Notes: generated by a model not told the origin, from the letters alone. Shown: positions 1 through 13,314, counted from the first letter of the stretch. The stretch is 64,000 nt of DNA from Octopus sinensis (GCF_006345805.1 NC_043018.1:14756001-14820000), one strand, 5' to 3'. Program-made: numbers and translations.

Positions 1-540
1 TGAGAATGTCTTACCTGAAGTAATTGGCTTTCACACAATGATCAGAAGAATGTGCTTGTGTTTTATTATCGTAACAAATAGAGTTGTTTAGTTCTTAACG
101 TGGCTAATATTTAAGTGGAATGATCAGGTAATGAATGCCACGGTGATCGTTGGTTGACCAATAGCAAACACAACATCTGTCGCCAACAGAACGGCTGAAA
201 ATGTAATCAGATGCATTGATTTTTGGCAGTGATTCGTGTAAGATTGGAAAGGCATGAGTTGGCATAGATTTTATAATAATATTCATGAGCAACGTGGAGA
301 CGGAAATTAATTGTTTTATTATCGATAGAAAGCGCCAACAGTCAATTCCGTTCTTTCTACTCTCTCCCCACCACCTTGACAACGCAGCATCGTTTTGTAG
401 AGACCCACGTGTCAGGTAAACCTAATTTAATGATTTCTCCGTGGAACGTGGCAAAAAAGAAAAAGTCAAAATAGAAACTTGTTGAGATTTTCATATTATA
501 ACAAAAGAAAGAGGGCGAATCTAAATAATATTTACTGGGT

Positions 541-587
<47 letters not shown>

Positions 588-783
588 TGCACACGCACAT
601 ACACACGCACATACACACTCACACAAATACACACACTGATATGTTTGTGTGTGTATGTTTATATCTAAGTCTGTAATCATGTGTATATTTATATATACAT
701 GTGTGTGAGTATATGTATGCATGTATACGTGAATATCTATACTTGTCTATGTACTCGTACGCAATGCATACATACATAGACAC

Positions 784-842
<59 letters not shown>

Positions 843-1000
843 CATACAAATAGGACATGAACGCAAAATATCCGGACAACTAAGTGATACAAAAGGGGAC
901 AACAAAACATCCAGATAGACGATACAAAGAAAACAAGGACGGGTCATTCGAAGTTTTCTATCTTCAGTCAAGAACCAGATTATCCTCGTAATCCCGGCTG
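843..1000 (-). mobile_element. Short (TA)n-flanked element, possibly a Penelope-like LTR remnant
   Basis: About 160 bp of unique sequence bounded by (TA)n on both sides. Minus strand has CTGAAGA...CGAA (degenerate hammerhead-like core). Architecture resembles the other TA-flanked elements in the window. Confidence 0.35.
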
Positions 1001-1738
1001 ATATATATATATATATATCACCCTTTTTGGGGTTTTTTTGGAGGGGGGCACAGACGCACAAATTTCTGAAAAGTTAGCGTCGATATAATCGATTGTAATG
1101 TTCCCATGTCAGCATTTAAGACGGCATTTGCTTCAATTCTCTGTACTTTGAGTTCGAATCCCCATCGACATCAACTTCGACTTTCAGAGTCGATATAGTT
1201 AGTGCCAATCTAAAGATATGGTTCGATGTCCTACGGTATATATTCCGGGTTATTACGTTCCGAGTTCAAATCCAAGTACCAATAACCAGCTTTTAATTGC
1301 GCATGGCGAAAACATAACTGACCCCTGACTACTAGTAGGCCTAATACTAACGTGCATATGTCGGCAACGGCATGTTGGGACTTTCATCCTGTTGTTGACC
1401 GAAAATGGCTGAATGGAAAGGAACTTGGTACTTCTTGTCTGTCATCGATGGTGATGCCTTCGGTACATTTCATCCAAACTTCCGCCCACCTCTTGACATC
1501 AATTGCACCTCGTTCGAATGCCGTTCCCCTCGAAACAGTCTCGAAGCCCCTGGAAAATGTCATGGCCGTCATCCAGCCTTCTCTGATTATGACGTTAAAA
1601 AACTGTAGGACTTGAATACTAATTGAAAGATCAATGGTTTGTATATTGTCATTTGGCGTTGGACAGTTTCTCGGGTAGTACTTTATCAGTATGGGTAAGT
1701 TCAGCTCCTATGCATAGTAATAAAATAAAATCATCGGT

Positions 1739-2126
1739 GTGTGGAAGCACTCCGTCGGTTACGACGATGAGGGTTCCGGTTGATCCGAATCAACGGAACA
1801 GCCTGCTCGTGAAATTATCGTGTAAGTGGCTGAGCACTCCACAGACACGTGTACCCCTAACGTAGTTCTCGGGGAGATTCAGCGTGACACAGAGAGTGAC
1901 AAGGCCGGCCCCTTGAAATACAGGTACAACAGAAACAGGAAGTAATAGTGAAAGAAAGTTATAGTGAAAGAGTACAGCAGGGATCACCACACCCTGCCGG
2001 AGCCTCGTGGAGCTTTTAGGTGTTTTCGCTCAATAAACACTCACAACGCCCGGTCTGGGAATGGAAACCGCGATCCTATGACCGCGAGTCCGCTGCCCTA
2101 ACCACTGGGCCATTGCGCCTCCACTT
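1739..2126 (-). mobile_element. tRNA-derived SINE family C, full length
   Basis: Head GTGGAGGCGCAATGGCCCAGTGGTTAG with A/B-box-like motifs. Near-identical to 12113-12492 and 44901-45289. 11-bp TSD AAATCATCGGT at 1728-1738 and 2127-2137. Confidence 0.9.
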
Positions 2127-2972
2127 AAATCATCGGTAACGCCGTGATATTGATGACTGTCTTTACACTTTCCAGCGCTGAAATAAACAGAGGTCTGAGA
2201 AAGATGGCTTTCACCTAAAGATACCTGACGTTTCAATTTCGTGTGAAGAAGGTAGGGAAAGAGTTTGACAAATGTCTTGATAATTTGAAAACTATGTTTT
2301 CATACATTTGTTACCACTTCTATATTTAGAGTTGCTCGTCAAGAAGTAAATAATTTTAAATATGGAATAAAATTGAACCAATATACTGAGAACAGTATAT
2401 TCCACCACTGCACGACTGCGGTGGTAACACTAACAAATCATAATAGGCTGTACAACATCTGTCTTTCCATCTTAAGAGGAAAGGGATTACAGTGGGACTT
2501 TAACTCACAATCTTACAGGGCGAATTGCAGTAGCTTCCCCTGTATATTTGAAGGGGTCAGTAATAATTTTAATGTGGTCAAATCGTTTTGAAATGCTCTC
2601 ATATCCTGATAATTACAATTTTTAATAGGTCTTCTGATATATCTCTTTATACTGACCAAATATTATTTGGGGTTCTACTACCTGTCTACCTTAAAATGTT
2701 CTCTATTCCAAGCAGTGCGGTGTACCTTTGATATGGATCAAGTGAAGCTAAACTTCTCAACCTCTAGAATATCTTAGTCGACCAAATACGCCTTTGATTA
2801 ATTGCATGGCCACTACCTCACAGAATTATGTAATATCGAACGACTGGAAGATGATGAAAAAGGTATAATTCTCTAATTCTCCATTCTATGTTCTCTGTGT
2901 GTGTATGTATATGTATATGTGTATATATATATATGAGTGTGTGTGTTTGTGTGTGTATGTATATACTCTCTC

Positions 2973-3304
2973 ATTTACTCTTTTACTTGTTTCAGTCATT
3001 GCTGACGCGGCCATGCTGGAGCACCCCCTTTAGTCGAGCAAATCGAGCCCAGGACTTCTTTTTTAAGCTTAGTACTTGGTCTATCGGTTGTTTTGCCGAA
3101 CCGCTAAGTTACGGGGGACGTAAACACACCAGCATCTGTTGTCAAGCGATGTTGGGGGGACAAACAACAAACACACACATACACCATACACACACATACA
3201 TACATATATACATATAACGACGGGCTTCTTTCAGTTTCCGGCTATGCAATCCCTCACAAGGCTTGGTCGGCCCGAAGCTATAGTAGAAGGACACTCTCTC
3301 AAGG
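2973..3304 (-). mobile_element. tRNA-derived SINE family A, truncated by the assembly gap
   Basis: Matches the full copies at 27686 and 56663: (GTAAAAGA)n tail, central (TA)/(TG) tract. Confidence 0.9.
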
Positions 3305-3404
3305 NNNNNNNNNNNNNNNNNNNNNNNNNNNNNNNNNNNNNNNNNNNNNNNNNNNNNNNNNNNNNNNNNNNNNNNNNNNNNNNNNNNNNNNNNNNNNNNN
3401 NNNN
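3305..3404. other. Assembly gap (100 N)
   Basis: Run of 100 Ns. Confidence 1.
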
Positions 3405-3890
3405 AAGAAAGAAAGAAAGAAAGGCGAGAAGAAAGAAAGAAGCTTGAATATTATTTCCGTCTCTGCCTGTTGTGCTGACCCACATAAATGGTAGCAAATA
3501 TTGTCAACATCCTTTCACGCAGAAAGTTCTGGAACTCGTGTTTATAGTGTGTTGCAGGAGAGAGGAATGTCCGACGTAAAACTTGGATCCGCTGCGCAGT
3601 ACGCATACACAGACGTATGCACGCACACACAGTCACACACACAGACACACACACACACACACAACACACACACACACACACACACGCACACACACACACG
3701 CACACGCACACACACACACGCACACGCACAACTTATTTATGGACCTGCGGACGTGATAATCTTTAATACAATTGATAATCTACTAAAACTAGTAGTTAAA
3801 TCTTCCTCAAATCACATTACACTGCCTTAAAAGTAAAGGGACAGACTGGGCGGTATCGGTGTCGTTATATAAAATTAGGAAGGGAGACGA

Positions 3891-4003
3891 ACTGGCACGC
3901 CGGGCGAAATGCGTAGCCGTATTTCGTCTGCCGTTACGTTCTGAGTTCAAATTCCGCCGAGGTCGACTTTGCCTTTCATCCTCCTGGAGTCGATTAAATA
4001 AAT
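3891..4003 (+). mobile_element. SINE family B, partial
   Basis: GCACGCCGGGCGAAATGC...GAGTTCAAATTCCGCCGAGGTCGAC shared with the full copy at 16419. Confidence 0.8.
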
Positions 4004-4130
4004 ACGAGAGAGTCGCATCAAAATTATTAAGATAAACTTACTTGGAAATGGATGCGTGGTGTTCAATCAAATGATGATATAAATAAAATACATATATAGA
4101 CATATATACATACTAACATATATATGTATA

Positions 4131-4177
<47 letters not shown>

Positions 4178-4185
4178 GCATAAAT

Positions 4186-4230
4186 GGGTACAGGACGTCA
4201 CAAAACGTAAACAACATGAAATACGAAAAC
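4186..4230 (+). repeat. (TA)n-adjacent repeat fragment, second copy at 36745-36791
   Basis: GGGTACAG(G/A)ACGTCAC...AAACAACATGAAATACGAAAAC occurs twice, both times just after a (TA)n tract. Confidence 0.6.
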
Positions 4231-4249
4231 ATGAAATCCGAAATGCTAA

Positions 4250-4412
4250 AAAGATGGTAGAATTGTTAGCATGCCGGATGAAGTGCCTAGCGGTGTTTCA
4301 TCCGTCTTTACGTTCTGAGTTCAAATTTCGTGGAGATTGACATTGCTCTTCATCGCCTTGGGGGTCGACTAACCAATTCCCCGGAAATTGCTGGCCTTGT
4401 GCCTAAAATTGA
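4250..4412 (+). mobile_element. SINE family B, diverged
   Basis: Degenerate match to the family B head and B box. Confidence 0.7.
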
Positions 4413-4596
4413 ACCCAATATAAAATATGCTTTGAGTCTTTATTTAAAAGTTGTGTGATTCTTTTTTTTTTTTTTACTTGAAATATTCTGTAGGAGCGCT
4501 TATTCCAGTCTGTATCGTTGAACCTATGGAGTAATTAATTTCGCGTTACATCGTTTCACTAAAGTGCGCATGTTAAGAACACAACAAGAACAACGT

Positions 4597-4790
4597 GGAG
4601 GCGCAATGGCGCAGTGGTTAGGGTAGCAGACTAGCGGTCGTAAGAACGCGGTTTCGATTCCCAGACCGGGCATTGTGAGTGTTTATTGAGCAAAAACACC
4701 AAAGCTCCACGAGGCTCCGGCGGGGAGGGGTGGTGAACCCCGCTGTACTCTTTCCCCACAACTTTCTCTCGCTCTTTCTTCTTACTTCTG
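4597..4790 (+). mobile_element. SINE family C, 5' part
   Basis: Matches the 5' half of 12113-12492. Confidence 0.85.
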
Positions 4791-5830
4791 CGACAAAGCA
4801 GAGGAACCATGGTGTAACCCACTATGGTGTGGTAAACTTTCAGAGCCTAGTCTAGATTGCGAATCCTCTGTACCCCCAGGAAGGTTCAGCTCTCCACCCG
4901 TTAAAAGCCACCGTTTAAGGAATGAGGATAACAACGTAGCTTTCGCGCCCGTGAAACCGCCAGTCTATCGCGTGTGGTGGGTGGATCTTCAAGTTACCAC
5001 ACGCATTCTTAGTAGCTTAGAGTACGGCTCGAATTAGAGATTGTTCTTTGTGGCTAATGGCGTGAGTCCTGATTGGAAGAAGAAGAAGAAGAAGAAGAAG
5101 AAGAAGAAGACAACGATCAGTGAGGGCGGACTGTAATTGTTTCATTTCCTTATTATTTGTTTTGGGGGAGACGGCGTTTGTCCGAGGAATGTTTGGAAAG
5201 GTTCGAGACAAGACAGAGTTATTCTCTTTTTTTCTTTAGTTGTTACTTTGAAGAGATAAAAGTTTTTATTGGGTACCTGTCTAAGATACATTATTAATCG
5301 CCAATGAAATTAATTGACGTTTGTGTTTATATGAGAAAAGAATTCTTGTTTGCACACTTATTCAGGAAAGAATTGTTTACAAAAGATCTGAATCGACTGG
5401 AATTATAATTCGTCGTAGTCGTGTTGTTTCGAGATAATCCAATATGGAATATGTTTATAAAGAAAACGAATAATTGAAATAATTGAAAAGCTGTTAAAAT
5501 AGAATACTGTTTGAGATAAAGATATGAAATAATCAGTAAAATGTAGAAATCTGTTTATCTCAGCCGAAAGTGCGGAACATTATCGGTTTCCGTTTTGGTA
5601 AGTTGACAGACTTAGATATTTGTCGTGTATAATTTTTCGCATATTTCTGTGTATTTGTTGACCTTTCACGTGATACTATGCTCCCGACCACATGGCTCGA
5701 TGACCTTGTCTTTTTTTTTTTTTTTTTTTGTGGCCCTGTCTTTATGACACCATTCCCTGGCAGCGTTTTCTTTAAACGCCCTGGCACACTGAAGTGAATG
5801 ATACTATTGTAAATGCACCGAACCAAAATC

Positions 5831-6066
5831 TATTTCTTTATTACCCACAAGGGGCTAAACACAGGGAGGACAAACAAGGACAGACAGACAGACGGATTAA
5901 GTCGATTATATTGAACCCATTGCATAACTGGTACTTAATTTATCGACCCCGAAAGGATGAAAGGCAAAGTCGACCTCGGCAGAATTTGAACTCAGAACGT
6001 AACGGCAGACGAAACACGGCTACGCGTTTCGCCCGGCCTGCTAACGGTTCTGCCAGCTCGCCGCCT
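5831..6066 (-). mobile_element. SINE family B, full length
   Basis: Reverse complement matches 16419-16650. Confidence 0.9.
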
Positions 6067-7367
6067 CTAAACAGTTTCTGTCTCCGCAGTACCACTCTGA
6101 AGGTCAAGGTCTACCTGAGGTTTGTAGAAAAAAAACTACAATGATCTCTTTGCAGAAAGGTGAGGACCTGTGTTAAGCGGGGTGGGTGAGGGTGATAATT
6201 AGTAATGGGGTTATAGCGGTGAGGATTGTTGTGTCAGTGATGTTGTTGATGGTGGCGATGATTCTGCTGTTGTTAGTAACAGTGATTAAGGCAGTGATGA
6301 TGATGTTATTCAAATATTTGACATGCGCAGTGTATATGACGATAGTGATGATTGCGATGGCGTTGAGGGTAGTGATGATGGAAATGATGATGTTGTGGCC
6401 ATGGTGGTGATGATGATGATGATGATGATGTTGGCTACGACGGTGGTGACGGCTGTGATGCTGGTACTAATGTTGGCGATATTGGTGATGCTGACGATGT
6501 TGGGAGCTGTGGTGTAGAGCACGGGGCCGGAGAAGGGGGCTGGGTCTAAGTGCTTCCCTGTGTTTGACGATAGTGACAGCTGGTATCAACCCCGGAATCG
6601 CTCTTAATGGCTGGCCCTATCAGATAAGTGCGCCCTCATTGTTGGTGAGTTTGTTGTCTCTGTGTTCGTGTGCGTATCTGTGTGTGTCTGTGTGAGGTCT
6701 GTGTGTGTGTGTTGTGTGTGTGTGTGTGTGTATGTGTGTGTGTATGTGTGTGTGTGTGTGGATTACACGAGTGAACAGGAGTATATCTTTATGAATGTAC
6801 ATTTACACATGTGTGTGAATTTACACATGCACTCACATACACAAGCACGCAGGCGCTCATGCACACACACAAAAAAACGGCACACACACACACACACACA
6901 CATACACACGCAAGCACACATTACACATATACAAACGCGCGCATATAAACACACGCGCACACTCATACACACACACACACACACACACACTCACACAATG
7001 GTTTATAAATACACCTTATAAGAAAACACTAAAAATTAAATTACAATACATAGAAATAAAGCTATAAATATAATATATTCTACGACTGGATGCATCGTGT
7101 TTTGCCAGGGTGTTACAGACGAGTCCGTGAAATCGTCTTCAGCGGTTTCGTAAACAGAAACGTATGACTGTGTAGCTGTTTATGTATTTACACACCGTCA
7201 CACAGAACCTTGTGACGAGTGGAAACTACTAATAAACTACTAATAAAATACCAGTCAATCACATTCATTCTGTTCTGCTTTGGAAGAAAGAATGCTCAAT
7301 TCTTTCCTGAAACAAATAAATTATAAAAATGTAACAGGTAGAAAATATGTTACCATAATAATTATAT

Positions 7368-7598
7368 AGGCGCAGGTGTGGCTGTGTGGTAAGAAGCTTG
7401 CTTCCCCGGGCACTTTTTGTCTTCTCTCATCCTTATCATCCTTGTATCATTATCATTCATCCCATTAATGTCTGTGTCCAGCCCGCAAGCTTCTCTCTGT
7501 GTGTTGCCCTTGTGTCAGATTTAATAAAATAAAGAAGCTTGCTTCCCAACCACATGGTTCCGGGTTCAGTCCCATTGCATGGCACTTTGGGCAAGTAT

Positions 7599-7632
<34 letters not shown>

Positions 7633-7712
7633 CTATAGCCTCGAGCCGACCAAAGCCTTGTGAGTGGATTTAGTAGACAGAAACAGAAAGAAGCGCATCG
7701 TATATGTATGTG

Positions 7713-7750
<38 letters not shown>

Positions 7751-7957
7751 TGTGTTTATATGTGTGTGTGTTTGCCCCTGCTCCCTCTATCGATTGACAA
7801 CCGATGCTGGTTTTTATATCACCATAACTTAACAATTCCGCGGAAGATACCAATAAAATAAATACCAGGTTTATAGAAAAGTAGTCCTGGGGTCGACTTT
7901 TTAAGGCGGTGCTCCAGTATGGCTGTTGTCAAATGACTAAAACGAATAAAAGAATAT
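7368..7957 (+). mobile_element. SINE family A interrupted by a retroposed insert
   Basis: Head at 7368-7406. The element resumes at 7532 after a duplicated 16-mer. Confidence 0.85.
7407..7531 (+). mobile_element. 5'-truncated non-LTR retrotransposon 3' end (L1/Tx1-like, inferred)
   Basis: 125 bp ending in AATAAAATA, flanked by the exact 16-bp TSD AAGAAGCTTGCTTCCC (7391-7406, 7532-7547). Confidence 0.7.
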
Positions 7958-8237
7958 TGATAAACATTTTGATATAATATTAATAGATATTTCAATGTTG
8001 CAACAAAAGTTATTTTCGTGTGCAAGTTTAATTATGGCAAGCTTAATTAAGTTTATCTGCGTTACTACCTTTATATTAATTAGCTCGCCTTAGATTTGTC
8101 TTATAACCCCATTTGACACCGTGGACCTAATCCTGAATAGAGAATTCAGAGTTTGAGTTCAAATTCACTTCAGCCTTTCTACGTGTTTTCCATACTGAGC
8201 ATATCTAGCTCTCACCTATTGTGAATTGGTGTGTGTT

Positions 8238-8292
<55 letters not shown>

Positions 8293-8359
8293 TGTGTGTG
8301 TGTGTGTGTGTGTGTAGTAAACTGCTCGGAGTGAAGCAATACACACACGTACACACACA

Positions 8360-8393
<34 letters not shown>

Positions 8394-8984
8394 TACTCAA
8401 AAATATTTTGTTAAACTGTTGAGTACACATGGAGAAACAGAATTATAGTTTTTTATTGGATTATTTCATTTTTGATTAAATTTCGAAGCAGGTCCAACTC
8501 AATGAGCGCCGAGAGGAGAAGTGAAAGGTGTCGGTGTGAGTGAGATGGGAACCAAAGATCACATGACATGCAACGTAATGAATGGATGTGTATTGAGCTG
8601 TGGCCAGAAACGAACGTGTCATTAGCTGGGCGTCAGCTGGAAAATGAAATAAACAAGATAATAACCCAAAATCAAACTTCATCGATTGGAGATCCGTTCG
8701 ATCAGAGATGATCAGTAATCAAACAACACATACATATATGCATTCACGCATACATACATACATGCATGCATGCATGCATTCCCCCATACATACATACATA
8801 CATACATACATACATACATACATACATACATGTACACACACCTATTTCAGATAAGACATTCTTTTTCTCAACACTTAATGCCGAAATGTGCTGGAACGAA
8901 CCAGCATCACCTCCACCCCGCCACTACCGGACTACCTCCCACCAGCACCACATATCAATACCCTCCCACCTCCAACCACCTATT

Positions 8985-9078
8985 GTGTGTTGGTGTGTGT
9001 GTGTGTGTTGTGTGTATTTGTGTATGTTTGTTTGTGTGTGTGTATTTGTGCGTTGTGTGTATTTGTGTGTTGTGTGTA

Positions 9079-9118
<40 letters not shown>

Positions 9119-9230
9119 TGTGTGTCTGTGTGCCATTACTTGTGTGTGTGTGTGTGTGTGTATTTGTGTGTGTTTGTTTGTGTGTGTGTGTGTATTTGTG
9201 CGTTGTGTGTATTTGTGTGTTGTGTGTATT

Positions 9231-9261
<31 letters not shown>

Positions 9262-9372
9262 GTCTGTGTACCATTACTTGTGTGTGTGTGTGTGTTGTGT
9301 GTATTTGTGTGTTGTGTGTATTTGTGTGTGTGTGTGTATGTGTGTGTGTGTGTGTGTATGTGTGTGTGTGTA
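8985..9372. repeat. Composite (TG)n-based higher-order tandem repeat
   Basis: Blocks such as GTATTTGTGCGTTGTGTGTATTTG and CCATTACTTG recur about 140-150 bp apart. Confidence 0.85.
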
Positions 9373-9899
9373 TCATTACTATAACCTGCAGTAAGGGAGG
9401 CGGAGGCGGAAGAGGAGAAGCGGGAGACGTAACAATAGTTGAGGAGCAGGAGGAGTCGGAACATATACAGTGGCAGCCTCCCCCCCCCCGCCTTCAATTG
9501 TCTTCCTCTACTCCACCCGCCGCCGCCTCTTCAGTCTACTCACTTTACAAATAGCTACTTCCGATCATCACCGCCACCACCACCACCACCACCACCACCA
9601 CCACCATCGCCACCACCGCCACCACCACCATCGCCACCACCACAGATCATCACCACAATTAACACTACCACCATGGCTTCATCACACGCAATATTACTCC
9701 CACCACCACCACCACCACCACTCTAACTCGCCCCCCTCCCTCCCACTATTGTGATAATGTTGCTGTAACTCTCCGCTTATCTCGAGTCTCGACAATTAAC
9801 TCCATATTGTAGCGAGTCCTGTTCCACGGTGAGGTTGTCTAATCTTTGTTTTATAGTGTTTCTTCATCTTGTCTACACCTGATCAGATTAGCGATGCTT

Positions 9900-10730
<831 letters not shown>

Positions 10731-10749
10731 ACTTACCTCCGTGGCGTGC

Positions 10750-11237
10750 CAGATGGCAGGACTAAACGTTTATGAACGGAACACGCCGGGCGAAATGCTT
10801 AGCAGTATTTCATCTGCCGTTACGTTCTGAGTTCAAATTCCGCCGAGGTCGACTTAGCCTTTCATCCATTCGGGGTCGATTATATAAGTACCTATTTCTT
10901 TACTACCCACAAGGGGCTAAACACAGAGGGGATAAACAAGGACAGACAAACGGATTAAGTCAATTATATCGACCCCAGTGCGTAACTGGTACTTATTTAA
11001 TCGATCCCGAAAGGATGAAAGGCAAAGTCGACCTTGGCGGAATTTGAACCCAGAACGTAGTAGCAGACGAAATACCACTAAGCATTTCGCCCGGCATGCT
11101 AACGATTCTGCCGGCTCACTGCCTTTAGATTAAATAAGTACCAGTTACGCACTGGGGTCGATGTAATCGACTTAATCCGTTTGTCTGTCCTTGTTTGTCC
11201 CCTCTGTGTTTAGACCCTTGTGGGCAGTAAAGAAATA
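10750..11237 (+). mobile_element. SINE family B, host copy split by a nested copy
   Basis: 5' part ends at 10892, 3' part resumes at 11128. Confidence 0.8.
10893..11127 (-). mobile_element. SINE family B nested in opposite orientation
   Basis: Flanked by GATTA(T/A)ATAAGTACC (10878-10892, 11128-11142), a 15-bp TSD with one mismatch. Confidence 0.85.
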
Positions 11238-11991
11238 TATTTTGCAAACGGGGGAAAACTCTTCGTGCCCTCTCAAACTGCTAGAATTAGCGTCCATGTC
11301 TTCAGGAAATCACACGCAAAGTGTTTAAAATAATGGAAACATTGGTTAATGTGGTTATAGTTACTATAAAATAAGACTGGATAATCGAAATAATTGACGG
11401 AGTTCAACCAATATTTCTACAACTACTGTATTAAAAGCGAGAGAGAAATAAGGATAAATGTCTTTAGTTTTATTTTCTGTTTCAGTTGTAAACAAAAGCC
11501 ATCGACCATCAAGACTGGATAAACTAGTAGCACCCTATTTTTAAGGGTTAAGCCGTCGGCGACTAAATAGGCAACGTCTCTCAAACGTCTTCCCTTAATG
11601 TATAGAGAGAAGATGACTAGGTTGTCTAAAAAATGGGGATTAAACTCAACAAGAGGACACAACCCTCCATCAAACTTATAAACAAAAAGGGGTCCCTTTA
11701 CAAATAATTTGCGTCTCGCATCACTGACGGTCTTATCCAATCCCTCAGACCTTCTTTCTCTGGTGGTCTCGTTAGAAACGATAACTCTCCTTTTATTTTA
11801 ATCCAAAGTCCCATCCCATTACGTTCCTTAAATTCAGCGCCATGTTTTCTTTACACTCTTCTAACATATAAACAAATGAAATGACTATCAGAAACACTTT
11901 GTAGCTTACACGAGAACATTCTTAATATAGTTAGCCTTTACACACACACACATACACACACACACACACACATTGTTACTATAGTTAGCCT

Positions 11992-12023
<32 letters not shown>

Positions 12024-12112
12024 TTACTATGGCCCGATCTTGTAAAGGGCCATGTTATTTTACGATTTGTACGTTTTATGTTGATTTCCTTATACAACTT
12101 ATTAAAATTAAG

Positions 12113-12492
12113 TGGAGGCGCAATGGCCTAGTAGTGGTTAGGGCAGCGGACTCGCGGTTTCGATTCCCAGACCGGGCGTTGTGAGTGTTTATTGAGCGAA
12201 AACACCTAAAAGCTCCACGAGGCTCCGGCAGGGGATGGTGGTGATCCCTGCTGTACTCTTTCACCACAACTTTCTCTCACTCTTACTTCCTGTTTCTGTT
12301 GTACCTGTATTTTAAAGGGCCGGCCTTGTCACTCCCTGTGTCACGCTGAATATCCCCGAGAACTACGTTAAGGGTACACGTGTCTGTGGAGTGCTCAGCC
12401 ACTTACACGTTAATTTCACGAGCAGGCTGTTCCGTTGATTCGGATCAACCGGAACCCTCATCGTCGTAACCGACGGAGTGCTTCCCCCCCCC
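12113..12492 (+). mobile_element. SINE family C, full length
   Basis: tRNA-like head and 3' hairpin GTTCCGTTGATTCGGATCAACCGGAAC. TSD TTAAAATTAAG at 12102-12112 and 12493-12503. Confidence 0.9.
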
Positions 12493-12608
12493 TTAAAATT
12501 AAGGATACTTAGTATGAAAATTGATAGAAAAAATGCGACTTAACCAACTCAATACATGGTGTTCAACATGATGAGTCACTAAAATACCAGCAAAGTACAA
12601 GAGGCATC

Positions 12609-13165
12609 CACGAGGTGATATCAAACATTCCCAGACTAGTTCTGTAGCGCGCCAATAGATGACAACTCACGGTTGCATGTGCAATGAGGGCTAGCAGTGA
12701 CCTCCACGAGGCAGTGTGCCGAGTGACATAGCTGTGTTTACTTCACATATTGTGAAATTTGTGTTTTGTCATGGACAGCAAGTTGGAACAAAGAGGCAAC
12801 GCGAAATCTTGCGTTAAACTTGGGATGTCTGCTACAGAGATACTGAGTATTAAACCCGAGGCGAAGCAGTAGTCATCGCAATGGAAGAGCCCTCTATTGG
12901 CCAGATTTAGCACCTGCAGAAAGGCAGCTCAAAGGTTACCGTTTTAACATCGTTGTCGAGATCTAGAGCGAATCGCAGAAGACCCTCGACTCGCTTACGG
13001 AAAACAACTTCCGGGCCGGATTCCAATAATGTCAAGAACGCTGGGATCGGTGTATTGCCCGGTATATTTCGAAGGGGCTTATGTTAAAGCTTAGATAAAA
13101 AAAAAAAAGAAGTTATTCTTTATTAAACATTACTAGTCCTGGAACTAGTCCTGGAACCCTTCGTA
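12609..13165 (+). mobile_element. Mariner internal-deletion derivative
   Basis: Fragments MDSKLEQRGNAKSCVKLGMSATE, PEAKQ*SSQWKSP, PDLAPA and LKGYRF...QERWDRCIA..YFEG match mariner transposase N-terminus, SSQW, PDLAP and C-terminus. Imperfect TIR remnants (ACGA.G...TTCC..GACTAGT). Confidence 0.85.
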
Positions 13166-13314
13166 TTATTTTCATCTCTGTAATTCCATAGGAATTGCTT
13201 CGATGTCGATACAAATATGGCACCCCATTTTTGGCTACGTTGAAACGATCATATGGAATTGTGCTATACACACTCCTTACTTTAAATTGTTGACTTCAAA
13301 TTGATACCAATAAT

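Noticed and set aside
15-194. Minus-strand 180-nt segment between a good acceptor and CAG|GTAAGA
   Set aside because: All three frames contain stops. At most it is a non-coding or pseudo-exon.
4800-5030. GC-richer segment, possibly a LINE ORF1 remnant
   Set aside because: No motif could be assigned with confidence.
7117-7140. CAGACGAGTCCGTGAAATCGTC, reminiscent of a hammerhead core
   Set aside because: Stem II has no partner strand and there is no stem I.
5564-7161. Plus-strand exon chain 5564-5597, 6517-6645, 7109-7161 (joinable in frame to 14925)
   Set aside because: Several alternative joins work equally well and the product resembles nothing recognisable. This is expected by chance in 64 kb.
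10733-10765. Perfect minus-strand donor GAG|GTAAGT
   Set aside because: The upstream sequence is a degenerate SINE B head.
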